Positions 9,544 to 19,476 of a stretch of DNA of 64,000 nt are shown piece by piece. Origin of the DNA: an uncultured delta proteobacterium (GTDB lineage: Bacteria; Desulfobacterota; Binatia; Binatales; Binataceae); the NCBI GenBank assembly GCA_963765675.1, contig CAVXXK010000001.1, forward strand, positions 608,001 through 672,000, given 5' to 3'. Within the stretch, counting starts at the first letter, position 1. Every line of letters starts with the position of its first letter. The position numbers and the translations under genes were made by a program. The notes beneath the pieces were generated by a model that was given only the letters and a program-made list of their open reading frames with translations, had not been told where the DNA came from and did no database searches.

Positions 9544-10191
9544 TCACCGAACCAGCTGCGCGAGCGTTGCGGCGCCGGTGTTGCGGCCGCGACCATCGCG
9601 CGATCCGGCTTCCTCGAGTTGCCCGCGCTCGACCAGTATGCGCCAGAGCTGCTTCGGATCGGCGCTGAAGACCGCGGAGGCATCCACCGGCTCGACGTAC
9701 CACGCGCCGTTCTGGATCTCGCCGCGCAACTGTAGCGGCAGCCACTGCGCGCGCCCGTAATAGACATGCATCGAGTCAGGCGCGGGATTGCCCTTGATAA
9801 ACGCCGTGACCGACGCCCGATCGCCGATCCAATAGAGATCTCCCACGACCGCGGTCGCGCCCGCCGGCGCAGTAGTCGCTCGCGCCAGCACGACCGGCGC
9901 ATTCATCTCGACCGGACCGCCGAAGTACGCGGTCACGTCGCCCAGCCGCTGCGGTGTGTCGGGCAACAGCGCACTAATCGGGATGGTGGTCGGCTGATTG
10001 ATAATCACGCCGGCCATCAGCGGCGGCTCGCCGCCGGGCAGCAGCAGGATGACCGATTGCGCGAAAACCGGATCGTCGAGTTCGGGGGTCGCGACCAGCA
10101 GCGAGGGTACGACCAGTGGAGGCTGCGCATGCGCTGGTGCTGCGAAGCCATCGGCACAGAGCACAATGATGACCGCGGCCACCCAGCGCAT
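9544..10191 (-). CDS. YqgE/AlgH (DUF179) family protein with signal peptide
   Basis: LLVATPELDDPVFAQSVILL, GVIINQP, YFGGPVE, YGRAQWLPLQLRGEIQNGAW; start set at MRWVAAV. Confidence 0.85.
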   Translation of the reverse strand: MRWVAAVIIVLCADGFAAPAHAQPPLVVPSLLVATPELDDPVFAQSVILLLPGGEPPLMAGVIINQPTTIPISALLPDTPQRLGDVTAYFGGPVEMNAPVVLARATTAPAGATAVVGDLYWIGDRASVTAFIKGNPAPDSMHVYYGRAQWLPLQLRGEIQNGAWYVEPVDASAVFSADPKQLWRILVERGQLEEAGSRDGRGRNTGAATLAQLVR

Positions 10192-10312
10192 CGCGCGCGC
10201 CCGGACGGTCTTGCTATTTCCTAATGGTGATCGCGGGAACATCCAGTCACCGGCCGACACCTTGAGGCTTAAGAGGAAAGGCGTCACCGCGTCAAGGCTT
10301 TCTGATCGCCAC

Positions 10313-10352
10313 AGACGCGAAGGCCCGGAATCACTCCCGGGCCTTCGCGTCT
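10313..10352 (-). terminator. Strong hairpin downstream of the S53 protease gene
   Basis: AGACGCGAAGGCCCGG-aatcactc-CCGGGCCTTCGCGTCT, 16-bp stem; no clear U-tract. Confidence 0.5.
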
Positions 10353-10387
10353 ATCAGGGTTCAGAACCGAACTTCATTTCTGTCGGA

Positions 10388-13300
10388 TCATTTTGGCGTC
10401 TTGCCTGCGCCCTTCAGAGCTACACTCTGGCCAAAGGCCGGCTCGAGGTTATCCTTGATCATCAGGGTGCCTTCGTACTTGGTCGCCTGTGTCGGGGTGA
10501 AGGTCACCGAAACTTCGCAAGTGCCGGGCTTGACTCCTTTGGACCGCGGACCCAGATCGTCGTCATCGCAGGCCTGACTGATACTGAACGGGCTGGCCGC
10601 GCCGGATTCCGATTCGATCAGAATAGGCACGGGGTGTTTCTTTTTGGTGATCTTGCCGCGGTTGGTTATGTGGACCTCCTTGACCTTGCTCGATCCGACC
10701 TCGACGGTGCCGAAGTTGAGCGTCTTCGGCGCGACGCGAAGCTTGCCCGCGACCGGAGTCGGCGTCGCGGTTGGCGTGGCCGTGCGCGTGGGACCGGCCG
10801 CCGGCGCAACGACGTTGAAGCCCGTCGAGGCGTTCGACGCGACGTATTGCGAGGTTCCAGCGAAGCTTGCGCTGAGCGTCTTCGTTCCCGCGGCGCCAGT
10901 GCTCGCCGCGCAGGTCGCGATACCGCTCGCGTTGGTGGTCCCGCCGCAACTCGAGCCACCAAGCAAAAAGCTAATCGATTGGCCCTCGAGGGGAACTTGC
11001 GGATTGGAAGAGACATCGGTCAGCGATGCGACCAGATTAACCGACTGATTCGGCGATCCCGTGGTGGGGCTGGGATTGAGACTCATGAAGGTCACATCCT
11101 TCCCCGGTCCCCAGGTAACCACCGCTTGATTTGAGGTAACGGTCGTGTCGGCGAGCGCCGCCGCCGCGGTAATCGTATCGACGCCCTGATGGGTAGCCAC
11201 GTAGGTAAAGGACGCCTGACCGCTCGAGTTGGTCAAACCCTGTTGGGTCTGAGGATTTGCGCCCGTCACAAAGAATTGGACGGAAGTGCCCGTCGGCACT
11301 GTGGCGTAGTGGAACGTCGCGGTGAAGGTCTGTCCCGTGCCCTGCGCCGGGCTGGGCACAACCGTTGCCGGGCTCAGCACCAGCGACGCGGCCGGATTTG
11401 CCGCTGCGTAATTACATCCACCGCTCGCGTCGGTGATCCTGAAAACGCCGACGCCTTGTCCCGCGTAGAGGCACCCATCAGGTCCGGGCACTATTACCCA
11501 AGCGGTTCCCTTGGAGATCAGATTCGTACCGACGCTCGGCGGCGTGGTGGTCAAATCCACCTGACTGGTGCCGATCGGAGCGGTCCCGACGGCCGGCGGC
11601 GCGAGGGTCAGAAATTGAGCGTCGCCGTTTCCCTGTACCCCCTGCGCGAAGAGCCCGAGATTATTCATCGTGACGCCGGAAAGCAGCGTGACCACCGGAG
11701 TAGGCGGACCGTCGGTGCCGGTAACCTGGGCAACGCCGCCGTCCGACCAGACATACATTGTTCCGTTCGGCGTGAAACTGATGTTGGCGTTCGGAGTATT
11801 CGGCAGTTGAGCATAAACGGAAACCGTAGGCGACGCGCCCGATGGATCCGAGATACGCCACAGATCGGTGTTATCCGATCCCGCGCCGCTGCATGAATCT
11901 CCTACAAACAAATCTCCGCTCAGCGGATCGATCGAGATAAAAGAGGGGCAGGTAAGGTTCGACGCCACATTCCGGATTACCGCCCCGGTCGAAGGATCGA
12001 TCTGCAGCACTGCCCCGGTGTTGAAACCTCCCGTAGTGGCGCTTCGCCCGGCGTAGAGGTTTCCGCCCGAGTCCACCGCCAGGCCGAACACAGCCGGTCC
12101 AATCGGTGTCGGCGTGACGAGCGTGCTGGCGCCGGCGGCGCCGCCACCGGGAGGAATTTTGTAGATATTCCCGGTTGACGCTTCGGATACGTAAAGATTC
12201 CCCGACGAGTCGAACGCCAAACCGCCCACCCCCGGGCATCCGCCAAAGTTGACATCACCGTAGAAGAAATTGGCGGCAAGGACGCCGTTCACATAGGTGT
12301 TGGCCAGAAATCCCGGCGCCGGGACCGGATTGCCGTTGCCGCATCCGTTTTCAGGTCCATTGACGAATTGAACCGTTCCAGTCTCAGGGAACGGCAGATT
12401 GCCGTCGGTCGCGTCCACCGCGGAATAGGTTACCGTCTCCGGAACTTGGTCGGTCGCGGTGAACACCACAATCCCGCTACTGTTGGTCACACTGGGATTC
12501 GGTCCCACAATCGCGGAACTACCCGTGCCCTGGGTCAAGTTGATCAGCTTGCCGGGTGTCGGACGTCCCAGAGAGTCCGTGAGGGTAATCGTAATCGTGG
12601 TCGTGGTTACGCCGTCGGCGGTGACCGAATTGGGGAACGCGTTCAGCCCGGCCGACGCTGCGGGTGGCGTCACGAATGCGAGTGACGGTTGCGCGGCGAG
12701 CGGCACGCCGTCGCTGGTGTCAGTCGCAGTGAGAGTGACGCTCTCTGCGGTCAAGTCGGTGACCTGGAACGTCACATTGCCGTTCGAGTCTGAGACCCCG
12801 CTCGCCGGCGAGATCTGGGCACTTCCGGTCGCGGTTAGCGTAACGGATTTCCCAGCCACCGGGATGCCGTTGCTATCGTACAACGATACCAGGGTCAGTG
12901 CGGCCGTCGTGCCGTCATTGGGCTCGCCGATAGGGCCGATCGCGCCGGCAGGCTGCACACCGTTTTGCAGGTACGGCGCAACCGCGGACGCGGACGCGCT
13001 GACCGACCCGGGCGATTGCATTGTCAACGCGCTGTAGAGCTCGCTCAGATCGGGAGAGCCCAATCCGACGTGAGTGAAATCGCTACCCAGCGACGCCGCG
13101 TTGTGGAAAGCCGCGGTGGCCGAGAGCGAATAAAGTTCGGGATTGAAGAATCCCACATTCTGGCCCACCCCCTGATTGAGCAGCGCCGTATATGCGGCCC
13201 ACTCCGGAGCAGCGAGGCTGGTTCCACCGTACTGCAGCCCGTTAGGACATCCGCCGTTATCCGCCTGGCAGATCTGAACACCATGGAACGGATCGGCGTT

Positions 13301-14884
13301 CGCAACCACATCGGGAACCATTCGCATGCTCGAGCCTGTCAGTACGTGTTGATAGCTCGGGGCTGCAAAAAACTTGCTGGTGCCGAATCCGCCCTGTCCT
13401 GCCGGCGGCGTGGTGTTCGCGTCGTTCCACCAGGTTTCGGTGCCGTAAGTGAAGCCGGGACCCGGCGTAAGTGAACTACCGCCGACCGCGGTCGCATTGG
13501 GAGAGTCCGCCGGAACGGCCACTGTGTTCGGGCTGCCGTCGAGGCAGGTGCTGCCGCTATCTCCGGAGCCGTTGAAGATGGTGATGTTGGATGCGGCGGC
13601 ATTCTGAAAGATCGTGTCGATGCTGTCGACGTCGGCGGCGGTGGTCTGGTCCTCGCAATAGGCCCAACTGTTACTGATGATCGAAACGCCATCGTTGATC
13701 ATCTTGTTGAAGACGGCCTGGAAACTGCTCCCGGCGCCGCCGAATGGCGCGTCGTAAACTACCACCTTGGCTCCGGGCGCGACCGCCGTCACCGCGTCGA
13801 TATCGAGCAGCACCTCGTCCTCGCCGGAACCGATTGTGGCGCCGCCGTTAACATTCACCTCGCTGATATTATTGATCTGGGTGTCCGGCGCTCCGATCAA
13901 AGCAAGAAAATCGGTGACATCGCTCATATTGAAATTGTCGAACTCAACCAATCCAACCGTCTGGCCGGTACCATCGACGGATTGCCACGGGGAGGCCGGA
14001 TCAGAGGCCGGGATGGAGCCGTTGCCCTTATGCTGCGCCGATGTAAGTTCGATCTGAGGCGGTGACAGAGAGGGCGATGGCGATGTTGAGTTGCAGACAT
14101 TGGGTACGGGAAGGCGACGGCTATATCCGGCCGCTGCTGCTTGTGTGTTGAAGCAGACCGCGAGGTCTTTGAGAAAACATGCCCGATACGCGGCGGGGTC
14201 GTTAATCGTACCGATCGCCTGGATGGAAGCGATGACAGCGCAAACCGCAAGAAATAACGCCTCCCGCTCCGGCTTTGGCGCGGCGTAACTCGAGAGGCCG
14301 CTGATAGCCAGCACCCGCGAGGCGATCGTTTCAGGCAGCGCGGGGGCGGCTTGATTCGCAAAAAAACTTTGCTTTCCGATTCGATAGTCGCCGATATTCA
14401 CGTCGAACGCGCGCTCGGCGTCGCCGCGCGTGCCGGCGACGGTTATCGTCAGCCGATTCTTTGAGCCCTCGATCAGGCGAAATCCGTTCGCGCGCAAATA
14501 GGCGAGCACCGAGTCGTAATCATCGCGGCTGGGTCCGAACCGATCTGCGATTTGCCGCTGGGTAAGATAGTGATGGAAATTTTTCGAATGCGGATCGCGA
14601 AGTTCTTTAAGATAGATGTCGAATGCCGATTGTTTATCGCGCCGGAGCACAATCGTCAGCGTTATCGGCTGGGCGTCTTCTTTCGCCAGATGTGACTTGT
14701 TGCCCGGCGTCGAAATCGCGGTTGCCTCCGACAATACCGGCAGCACATGTCCCGGCAGCCGAACCATCGCAGTGGTTGTACGCGTATCGGTACCAGGCAT
14801 CGCAGATGAAACGGCGGCTTGAGCAGGCGGTACAATAATCAACAACAATGGTAAGAGCAGGGCCGACTTAATCCAGCGATACAT
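10388..14884 (-). CDS. Secreted sedolisin/kumamolisin (S53) protease with prodomain, Ig-like (Big_1) repeats, beta-propeller and C-terminal ASH-like Ig domain
   Basis: Signal peptide; prodomain (YLTQRQIADRFGPS, AERAF); catalytic EVLLD, SGDSG, GGTSLAAP; Big_1-like repeats; GLAFDSSGNLYV propeller blades; LNFGTVEVG...CEVSVTFTP. Start MYRWIKS. Confidence 0.9.
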   Translation of the reverse strand: MYRWIKSALLLPLLLIIVPPAQAAVSSAMPGTDTRTTTAMVRLPGHVLPVLSEATAISTPGNKSHLAKEDAQPITLTIVLRRDKQSAFDIYLKELRDPHSKNFHHYLTQRQIADRFGPSRDDYDSVLAYLRANGFRLIEGSKNRLTITVAGTRGDAERAFDVNIGDYRIGKQSFFANQAAPALPETIASRVLAISGLSSYAAPKPEREALFLAVCAVIASIQAIGTINDPAAYRACFLKDLAVCFNTQAAAAGYSRRLPVPNVCNSTSPSPSLSPPQIELTSAQHKGNGSIPASDPASPWQSVDGTGQTVGLVEFDNFNMSDVTDFLALIGAPDTQINNISEVNVNGGATIGSGEDEVLLDIDAVTAVAPGAKVVVYDAPFGGAGSSFQAVFNKMINDGVSIISNSWAYCEDQTTAADVDSIDTIFQNAAASNITIFNGSGDSGSTCLDGSPNTVAVPADSPNATAVGGSSLTPGPGFTYGTETWWNDANTTPPAGQGGFGTSKFFAAPSYQHVLTGSSMRMVPDVVANADPFHGVQICQADNGGCPNGLQYGGTSLAAPEWAAYTALLNQGVGQNVGFFNPELYSLSATAAFHNAASLGSDFTHVGLGSPDLSELYSALTMQSPGSVSASASAVAPYLQNGVQPAGAIGPIGEPNDGTTAALTLVSLYDSNGIPVAGKSVTLTATGSAQISPASGVSDSNGNVTFQVTDLTAESVTLTATDTSDGVPLAAQPSLAFVTPPAASAGLNAFPNSVTADGVTTTTITITLTDSLGRPTPGKLINLTQGTGSSAIVGPNPSVTNSSGIVVFTATDQVPETVTYSAVDATDGNLPFPETGTVQFVNGPENGCGNGNPVPAPGFLANTYVNGVLAANFFYGDVNFGGCPGVGGLAFDSSGNLYVSEASTGNIYKIPPGGGAAGASTLVTPTPIGPAVFGLAVDSGGNLYAGRSATTGGFNTGAVLQIDPSTGAVIRNVASNLTCPSFISIDPLSGDLFVGDSCSGAGSDNTDLWRISDPSGASPTVSVYAQLPNTPNANISFTPNGTMYVWSDGGVAQVTGTDGPPTPVVTLLSGVTMNNLGLFAQGVQGNGDAQFLTLAPPAVGTAPIGTSQVDLTTTPPSVGTNLISKGTAWVIVPGPDGCLYAGQGVGVFRITDASGGCNYAAANPAASLVLSPATVVPSPAQGTGQTFTATFHYATVPTGTSVQFFVTGANPQTQQGLTNSSGQASFTYVATHQGVDTITAAAALADTTVTSNQAVVTWGPGKDVTFMSLNPSPTTGSPNQSVNLVASLTDVSSNPQVPLEGQSISFLLGGSSCGGTTNASGIATCAASTGAAGTKTLSASFAGTSQYVASNASTGFNVVAPAAGPTRTATPTATPTPVAGKLRVAPKTLNFGTVEVGSSKVKEVHITNRGKITKKKHPVPILIESESGAASPFSISQACDDDDLGPRSKGVKPGTCEVSVTFTPTQATKYEGTLMIKDNLEPAFGQSVALKGAGKTPK

Positions 14885-15125
14885 TTGCTTCCCCCCTGAC
14901 TGGTGGTCTCGAGCGATTGCTACTGACAACCGGATCAAGCCTCTCTCGCGAAAACACTGTTGGCTCATCAAACTTGGTCAGCTCCAGGAATTGCGTAAGA
15001 CCGCATCTGTATCGCGGAGATACTTAACGTCGCAACGGAACAACGTGAAATTGAAGGGTACAAATCGCGTGGGCGCAAATTTTCACCCACGTCGCAATCT
15101 GGCTATTGGCGAATTAAGGTTCGGC

Positions 15126-18100
15126 TTAGTTCAGCGAGCCGGGCGAATCGGACACATGCCATCTGATCGGATGGACGGGATCTGGCTTATACACACACGA
15201 ATAGCCAGTATGAATACTAATCGCGAGATTGTGGCCGACTGAGATATCCAGCGCGCGTATCTTCCGGATAGCGGCCTTGATCGCCTTGGTCACCATTACA
15301 CGCGAATGTCCGGGTGAGGCGTCGAAACTGCCGCCAGCGCCCAACGCCCTGCGCGCGTTCAATCCGGCCGCCAGCGATCCAATTCGCGCCAGCTCCTCGG
15401 CAGCGACGCCCTTGCCCGGCCGCGCGAGCAGATGCGCCAGGTAGAGCAGACCCTTGGTGCTGCGCAGGCGCATCTCGACGCAGCCCAGCGCGACAGTCCA
15501 ATAGTCGCCTTCGCAGCGGAAGGCGCCTTCGACCGGCTCCGGTTCGCTGATCCCTGATCTATCGGCGGGAACCCCGCGGTGGCCCTTGGAGCGCCCTCGC
15601 GCGGCGTTCACCTTCTCGATCCATACTGCGCCGGCGCCGTGGCGCTGGTATATCTCCTGCGCGGCATCGAACTGCTCTGACGCGCGCGAGAGCGCACCGG
15701 CAGCGAGCAGCGCGGAGCCCCACACGTGATGCGTCTGTGCCAGGTCCCACGGCAGATCGTAGCGGCCGAAGATTTCGAGCGCGCTGGTGAATTGGCGCTC
15801 GGCTACATCACGATTACCCTCGGCCGCGGCGGCCATCGCCTCGGCAAGGGCGACGCGTCCGAATAGTCCGCGGAAGTCTTCGCCACCCGCGATAATCTCG
15901 CGGCATCGCGCCAGATGGCTGCGGGCGCCATCGGACCGCCCGCGCAAAGTCGCGATCAACGCCGCTTGGGCGTGGGCATTCAGCGCGTACGGGATGTGCG
16001 GCCCTTCGATTGCTGCCAGCAGTGTCACCTGGTTCATCGCCTCGGCGCCCGCCAGGTCACCGACCGCCAGGCATACCAGTCCCTGGAAATAGGCGTAGAC
16101 CGTTTCGCCGTCGCGGCTTCCGGCTGCGCGCATCGCGTCGCGGCTTTCGTCAAGCAGAGCCGCCGCGCGTTCCCAATCTCCCTCGTAGAGCAGGATAAAA
16201 GCTTCAACGACGGCGCGCGGCGATTCGGCGAGCAACTCCTTGGCGCGCGCAAGCTGGCCGCGAAAAACGAACCCAAATGCCATTTCCTGGATCAGCACGC
16301 GGCGCTGAAAGATCGCCTGAGCCATCCGGGGCCGCGCAAGTTCCCGCGCGAACCAGCGCTGGCCCTCGCGCGGGTCCCACAGCGCGAGCGGATGGTAGCC
16401 GCCGCTCCACGCGGTCTCGAATGCGCCGTCCAAATTGTTCAGCCGATCCGCACGGTGCCACGCGTCGTCCATCAGCGCACGAGCTTCGGCCAGCCTGCCA
16501 CTGTGGAACAGATGGTCCGAATGGTGCGCCGCCGCGCGAATCCATAACGCTTCCTCTCCAAGATGCGTCGCTATCTCCATCGCGCGATGCGAAGCCGCCA
16601 GCCCTTCCTGCGTGTGCTGCGCCTGCATGGCGACCTGCGCCAGCCCCGTGTAGAGCCAGATCTGTGATTGGCTGTCGGGGAGCTCACGTAGCACCAGTTC
16701 GGCCTGCCGATATTGCGCCATCGCGCGCGGAATGTTCATCGCAGGCGAACGTTGCGAGAACATCAGCCCCAGCCGCGCGTGCAGATGGGCCGCTTCGATC
16801 GGCATCGCGGCGGCCTCGTAGATTTTCGCTGCGCGCTCGACACATTCGATTCCGCGCGGATGGTCAAACTCGGTTATCGAGTAGGCATCGCCGAGCCGTT
16901 CGAGAATCCGCGCCAGCCGCGGCGGATCGGCCGCTCCGCGCTCGGCGAGCGTCAGCGCGGTTTGCCAGTGATGCGCCGCGCGCTCGTAGGCGAAAGCCGA
17001 AAATGCCGCCTCGCCGGCCGCGATCGCGTACTGGATTGCTTTATCGCTCGAGCCGCCCGGCGCCGCCGCGACCGCGTGATAAGCGATCTGCTCCAGATGC
17101 ATCGCCGTCTCGCAGCGATAGAGATTCTCGAGCACGCAAAGGATTTCCGCATGCAGCCGCGCCCGGCTGCTGAGATCCAGATCCTGATACACCACTTCGC
17201 GGATCAGTGCGTGGCAGAAGCGGTAGCGGTCCGGGCCGTCCGGCATCAGGACGCCCGCGGCAATCGCGCGATCGAGCACGCGCAGCAGCTCTTCGGGCGC
17301 AAGACTGGTCGCACGTTCGAGCACCGCTCCTTCGCACTGGATGCCCAGAGCGGCGGCGACGCAGAGCGTCGCCCGCACAGGAGCCTCAAGCGCGCTCAGG
17401 CGTCCGCGAATCGACGCGCGCACGCTTTCAGGAACAAGGAATTCCGCGCGGCGAGCCGCGCCGTTGCCGGCGCGCGTCAAGTTCATCGCGCGCATCACTT
17501 CGGTGACAAAGAACGGATTGCCCCCAGTGGTCTGGTATAGCGTCGAAACGAATTTCCCGTCGGGAGCGCATCGGGCTCCGCCTGCGACCACTTGGGCGAC
17601 TTCGGCTTCGCTCAAGCCGGCGAGCGGGAGTTGCCGTCCGCTGCGATACAGATCGGAAATCACGCGGACCATCGCCTCGGAACCGCGCACCTCGGCGTCG
17701 CGATAGGTGGCGACGATCATCAGCGGAGCGTCATGAATCTCACGCACCGCAAACCGCAGCATCAGCCACGAGGTTTCGTCGGCGTCATGCAGATCGTCAA
17801 GCACGACCATCAGCGGATGTTCGTGCGCGAAACTGGCCACCAGCGTCGCGAATCCCTCGAACAGCCGGAACCGCGATTGCTGGGCATCCTCTTTGGCTTC
17901 GACCGGCGCTTCCGCGGCGACCGCAGTCGATTCTCCCAAGAGCCGTGCGATCTCAGGCGCGGCGGCACCCAGCCGTTCTGTGTCGAAGCCGCCGCCGATA
18001 AGAGCGCGCGCGACCTGGCTCATCGGCCAATAGGGCGGCGCTCCTGCTCCTTCGCAGCATCGCCCCCACACCGCGAGCATCCCGCGAGAGGCAGCCTCGG

Positions 18101-18281
18101 CGGCGATTTCGGTGGCGATTCGGGTTTTGCCGATTCCCGCTTCTCCGGTCAAAAAAAAGATTTGGGTTCGTCCCGCCAGAGCATCGGTCAGGCCCGCACG
18201 CAGCTCGGCCATCTCGCGGCCGCGGCCCACGAATTGGGTTTGGCGAAATCCAGTTTCCGATTCGACCGATGCGAGCACCAA
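15126..18281 (-). CDS. Large AAA (STAND/LAL-like) ATPase with TPR-like helical repeats, probable regulator
   Basis: FVGRGREM, Walker A GEAGIGKT, Walker B VVLDDLH, TGGNPFF, FCHALIREVVY; C-terminal FRCEGDYWT...KGLLYLAHLL...TGYSCVY domain. Confidence 0.85.
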   Translation of the reverse strand: MVLASVESETGFRQTQFVGRGREMAELRAGLTDALAGRTQIFFLTGEAGIGKTRIATEIAAEAASRGMLAVWGRCCEGAGAPPYWPMSQVARALIGGGFDTERLGAAAPEIARLLGESTAVAAEAPVEAKEDAQQSRFRLFEGFATLVASFAHEHPLMVVLDDLHDADETSWLMLRFAVREIHDAPLMIVATYRDAEVRGSEAMVRVISDLYRSGRQLPLAGLSEAEVAQVVAGGARCAPDGKFVSTLYQTTGGNPFFVTEVMRAMNLTRAGNGAARRAEFLVPESVRASIRGRLSALEAPVRATLCVAAALGIQCEGAVLERATSLAPEELLRVLDRAIAAGVLMPDGPDRYRFCHALIREVVYQDLDLSSRARLHAEILCVLENLYRCETAMHLEQIAYHAVAAAPGGSSDKAIQYAIAAGEAAFSAFAYERAAHHWQTALTLAERGAADPPRLARILERLGDAYSITEFDHPRGIECVERAAKIYEAAAMPIEAAHLHARLGLMFSQRSPAMNIPRAMAQYRQAELVLRELPDSQSQIWLYTGLAQVAMQAQHTQEGLAASHRAMEIATHLGEEALWIRAAAHHSDHLFHSGRLAEARALMDDAWHRADRLNNLDGAFETAWSGGYHPLALWDPREGQRWFARELARPRMAQAIFQRRVLIQEMAFGFVFRGQLARAKELLAESPRAVVEAFILLYEGDWERAAALLDESRDAMRAAGSRDGETVYAYFQGLVCLAVGDLAGAEAMNQVTLLAAIEGPHIPYALNAHAQAALIATLRGRSDGARSHLARCREIIAGGEDFRGLFGRVALAEAMAAAAEGNRDVAERQFTSALEIFGRYDLPWDLAQTHHVWGSALLAAGALSRASEQFDAAQEIYQRHGAGAVWIEKVNAARGRSKGHRGVPADRSGISEPEPVEGAFRCEGDYWTVALGCVEMRLRSTKGLLYLAHLLARPGKGVAAEELARIGSLAAGLNARRALGAGGSFDASPGHSRVMVTKAIKAAIRKIRALDISVGHNLAISIHTGYSCVYKPDPVHPIRWHVSDSPGSLN

Positions 18282-18428
18282 TTCGGCCCCACTGTGGACG
18301 TGCGGTTCAAAGGCGGATCGTTACTGAATCCGCAGCGCACTTAATGATGGATTTATTTGATTTTCAGCGTTGTTTCCAGCGCTTTGAAGCTGTAGCACGC
18401 ACGAGTCAAAAAAACCCGCATCGATTGT

Positions 18429-19283
18429 CTAATTTTTTGCTGATTTGGCTAATTCTCTCATCGATTCCAATTTCGCTAATAATTCGTCCAATGCAATGAT
18501 GACCTTACCGGGAGAAGCAACCCGGAATTGAGCCCAACTGCGACCCGCGCCGCCTACCCTGATTGTTATGCCGTCTTCCTGAAGTTCGCGAAACGCGGCT
18601 TCATCGGTGGTGTCATCACCGAAATAGACAGGAATCGCCGTCTGGTCGCCGATCAATCTCTGGATCGTGCGCACTGCGGCGCCCTTGCCGCCGAGACCGC
18701 GCGGAATTGCTTCGTCGACCATCTTCCCGCGCAGGATCGCAACCCTGGGGCATCGCGTTTCGATCAATTCGCGCAAGCCTGCACGCACGACGGCTGCCGC
18801 CGCGGGTCTCGCGTTGCGATAATGAAGCGCAATCGCGGTCCGCTTGTCCTCGATCACAAAGCCGTCGCGCGGTCGCACTTCACGCTTCATCCATGCGCGA
18901 ATTTCTGCGATCTCGGCACGCGCCCGAATGCTCGCGCGCAGGGAGTGGCGCTTGCCGCGTGGATCGACGATCTCGATCCCATGGCTTCCCGCCATCCACA
19001 CTCCGGTTTCCGGCCGGAGCAGCGCGCGCAGTGTAGCCAAGTCGCGACCGCTGATAATCGCGACGGCGACCCGCTCCGGATACGCCGCGAGCGCGCGCAA
19101 TATCCGCCGCGCGTGCGGAACCGGACGAGCCTCGGCCGGATGGGCGGTGATCTCGGACAGGGTGCCGTCGTAATCAACGCATAAGAGAAGCTTTCGCTTT
19201 TGAATGATTCCCGGCAGAAGATTCGAAGGGAGCGGCTTCGGCACGGAGGTTGGCTGCGAAGGCTCTTGCGCGGAGGTTTTCAT
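18429..19283 (-). CDS. otsB: Trehalose-6-phosphate phosphatase
   Basis: HAD motifs DYDGTL, ISGR, GSHG, EDKRTAIALHYR, GDDTTDEAAF; divergent from otsA. Confidence 0.93.
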   Translation of the reverse strand: MKTSAQEPSQPTSVPKPLPSNLLPGIIQKRKLLLCVDYDGTLSEITAHPAEARPVPHARRILRALAAYPERVAVAIISGRDLATLRALLRPETGVWMAGSHGIEIVDPRGKRHSLRASIRARAEIAEIRAWMKREVRPRDGFVIEDKRTAIALHYRNARPAAAAVVRAGLRELIETRCPRVAILRGKMVDEAIPRGLGGKGAAVRTIQRLIGDQTAIPVYFGDDTTDEAAFRELQEDGITIRVGGAGRSWAQFRVASPGKVIIALDELLAKLESMRELAKSAKN

Positions 19284-19476
19284 TAGATGCGGGGGCGGCG
19301 CGAGGGCGAAGGATAAGAAAAATTGCTCCGCCTTCAGGGTCGGATCGGGCTATGATGTTGTCAAGGTACCCTATGCGGGACGCATGGCGCAGCAATATCC
19401 ACTGCGTTGCACGATCGCGAGACCGCGCAGTATTCTTTTCACGCCGTTGCGATGGGCCAGAATCGTGGAAGCCCCT

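Noticed and set aside
9998-11134. 378-aa plus-strand ORF and other long antisense ORFs (e.g. 30662..31945, 31815..32870, 21684..22670)
   Set aside because: Shadow ORFs opposite well-supported genes, expected at high GC; no motifs.
14885-15125. c-di-GMP or other riboswitch upstream of the protease
   Set aside because: Only a short imperfect palindrome (CGTGGG...CCCACG); no recognisable aptamer consensus.
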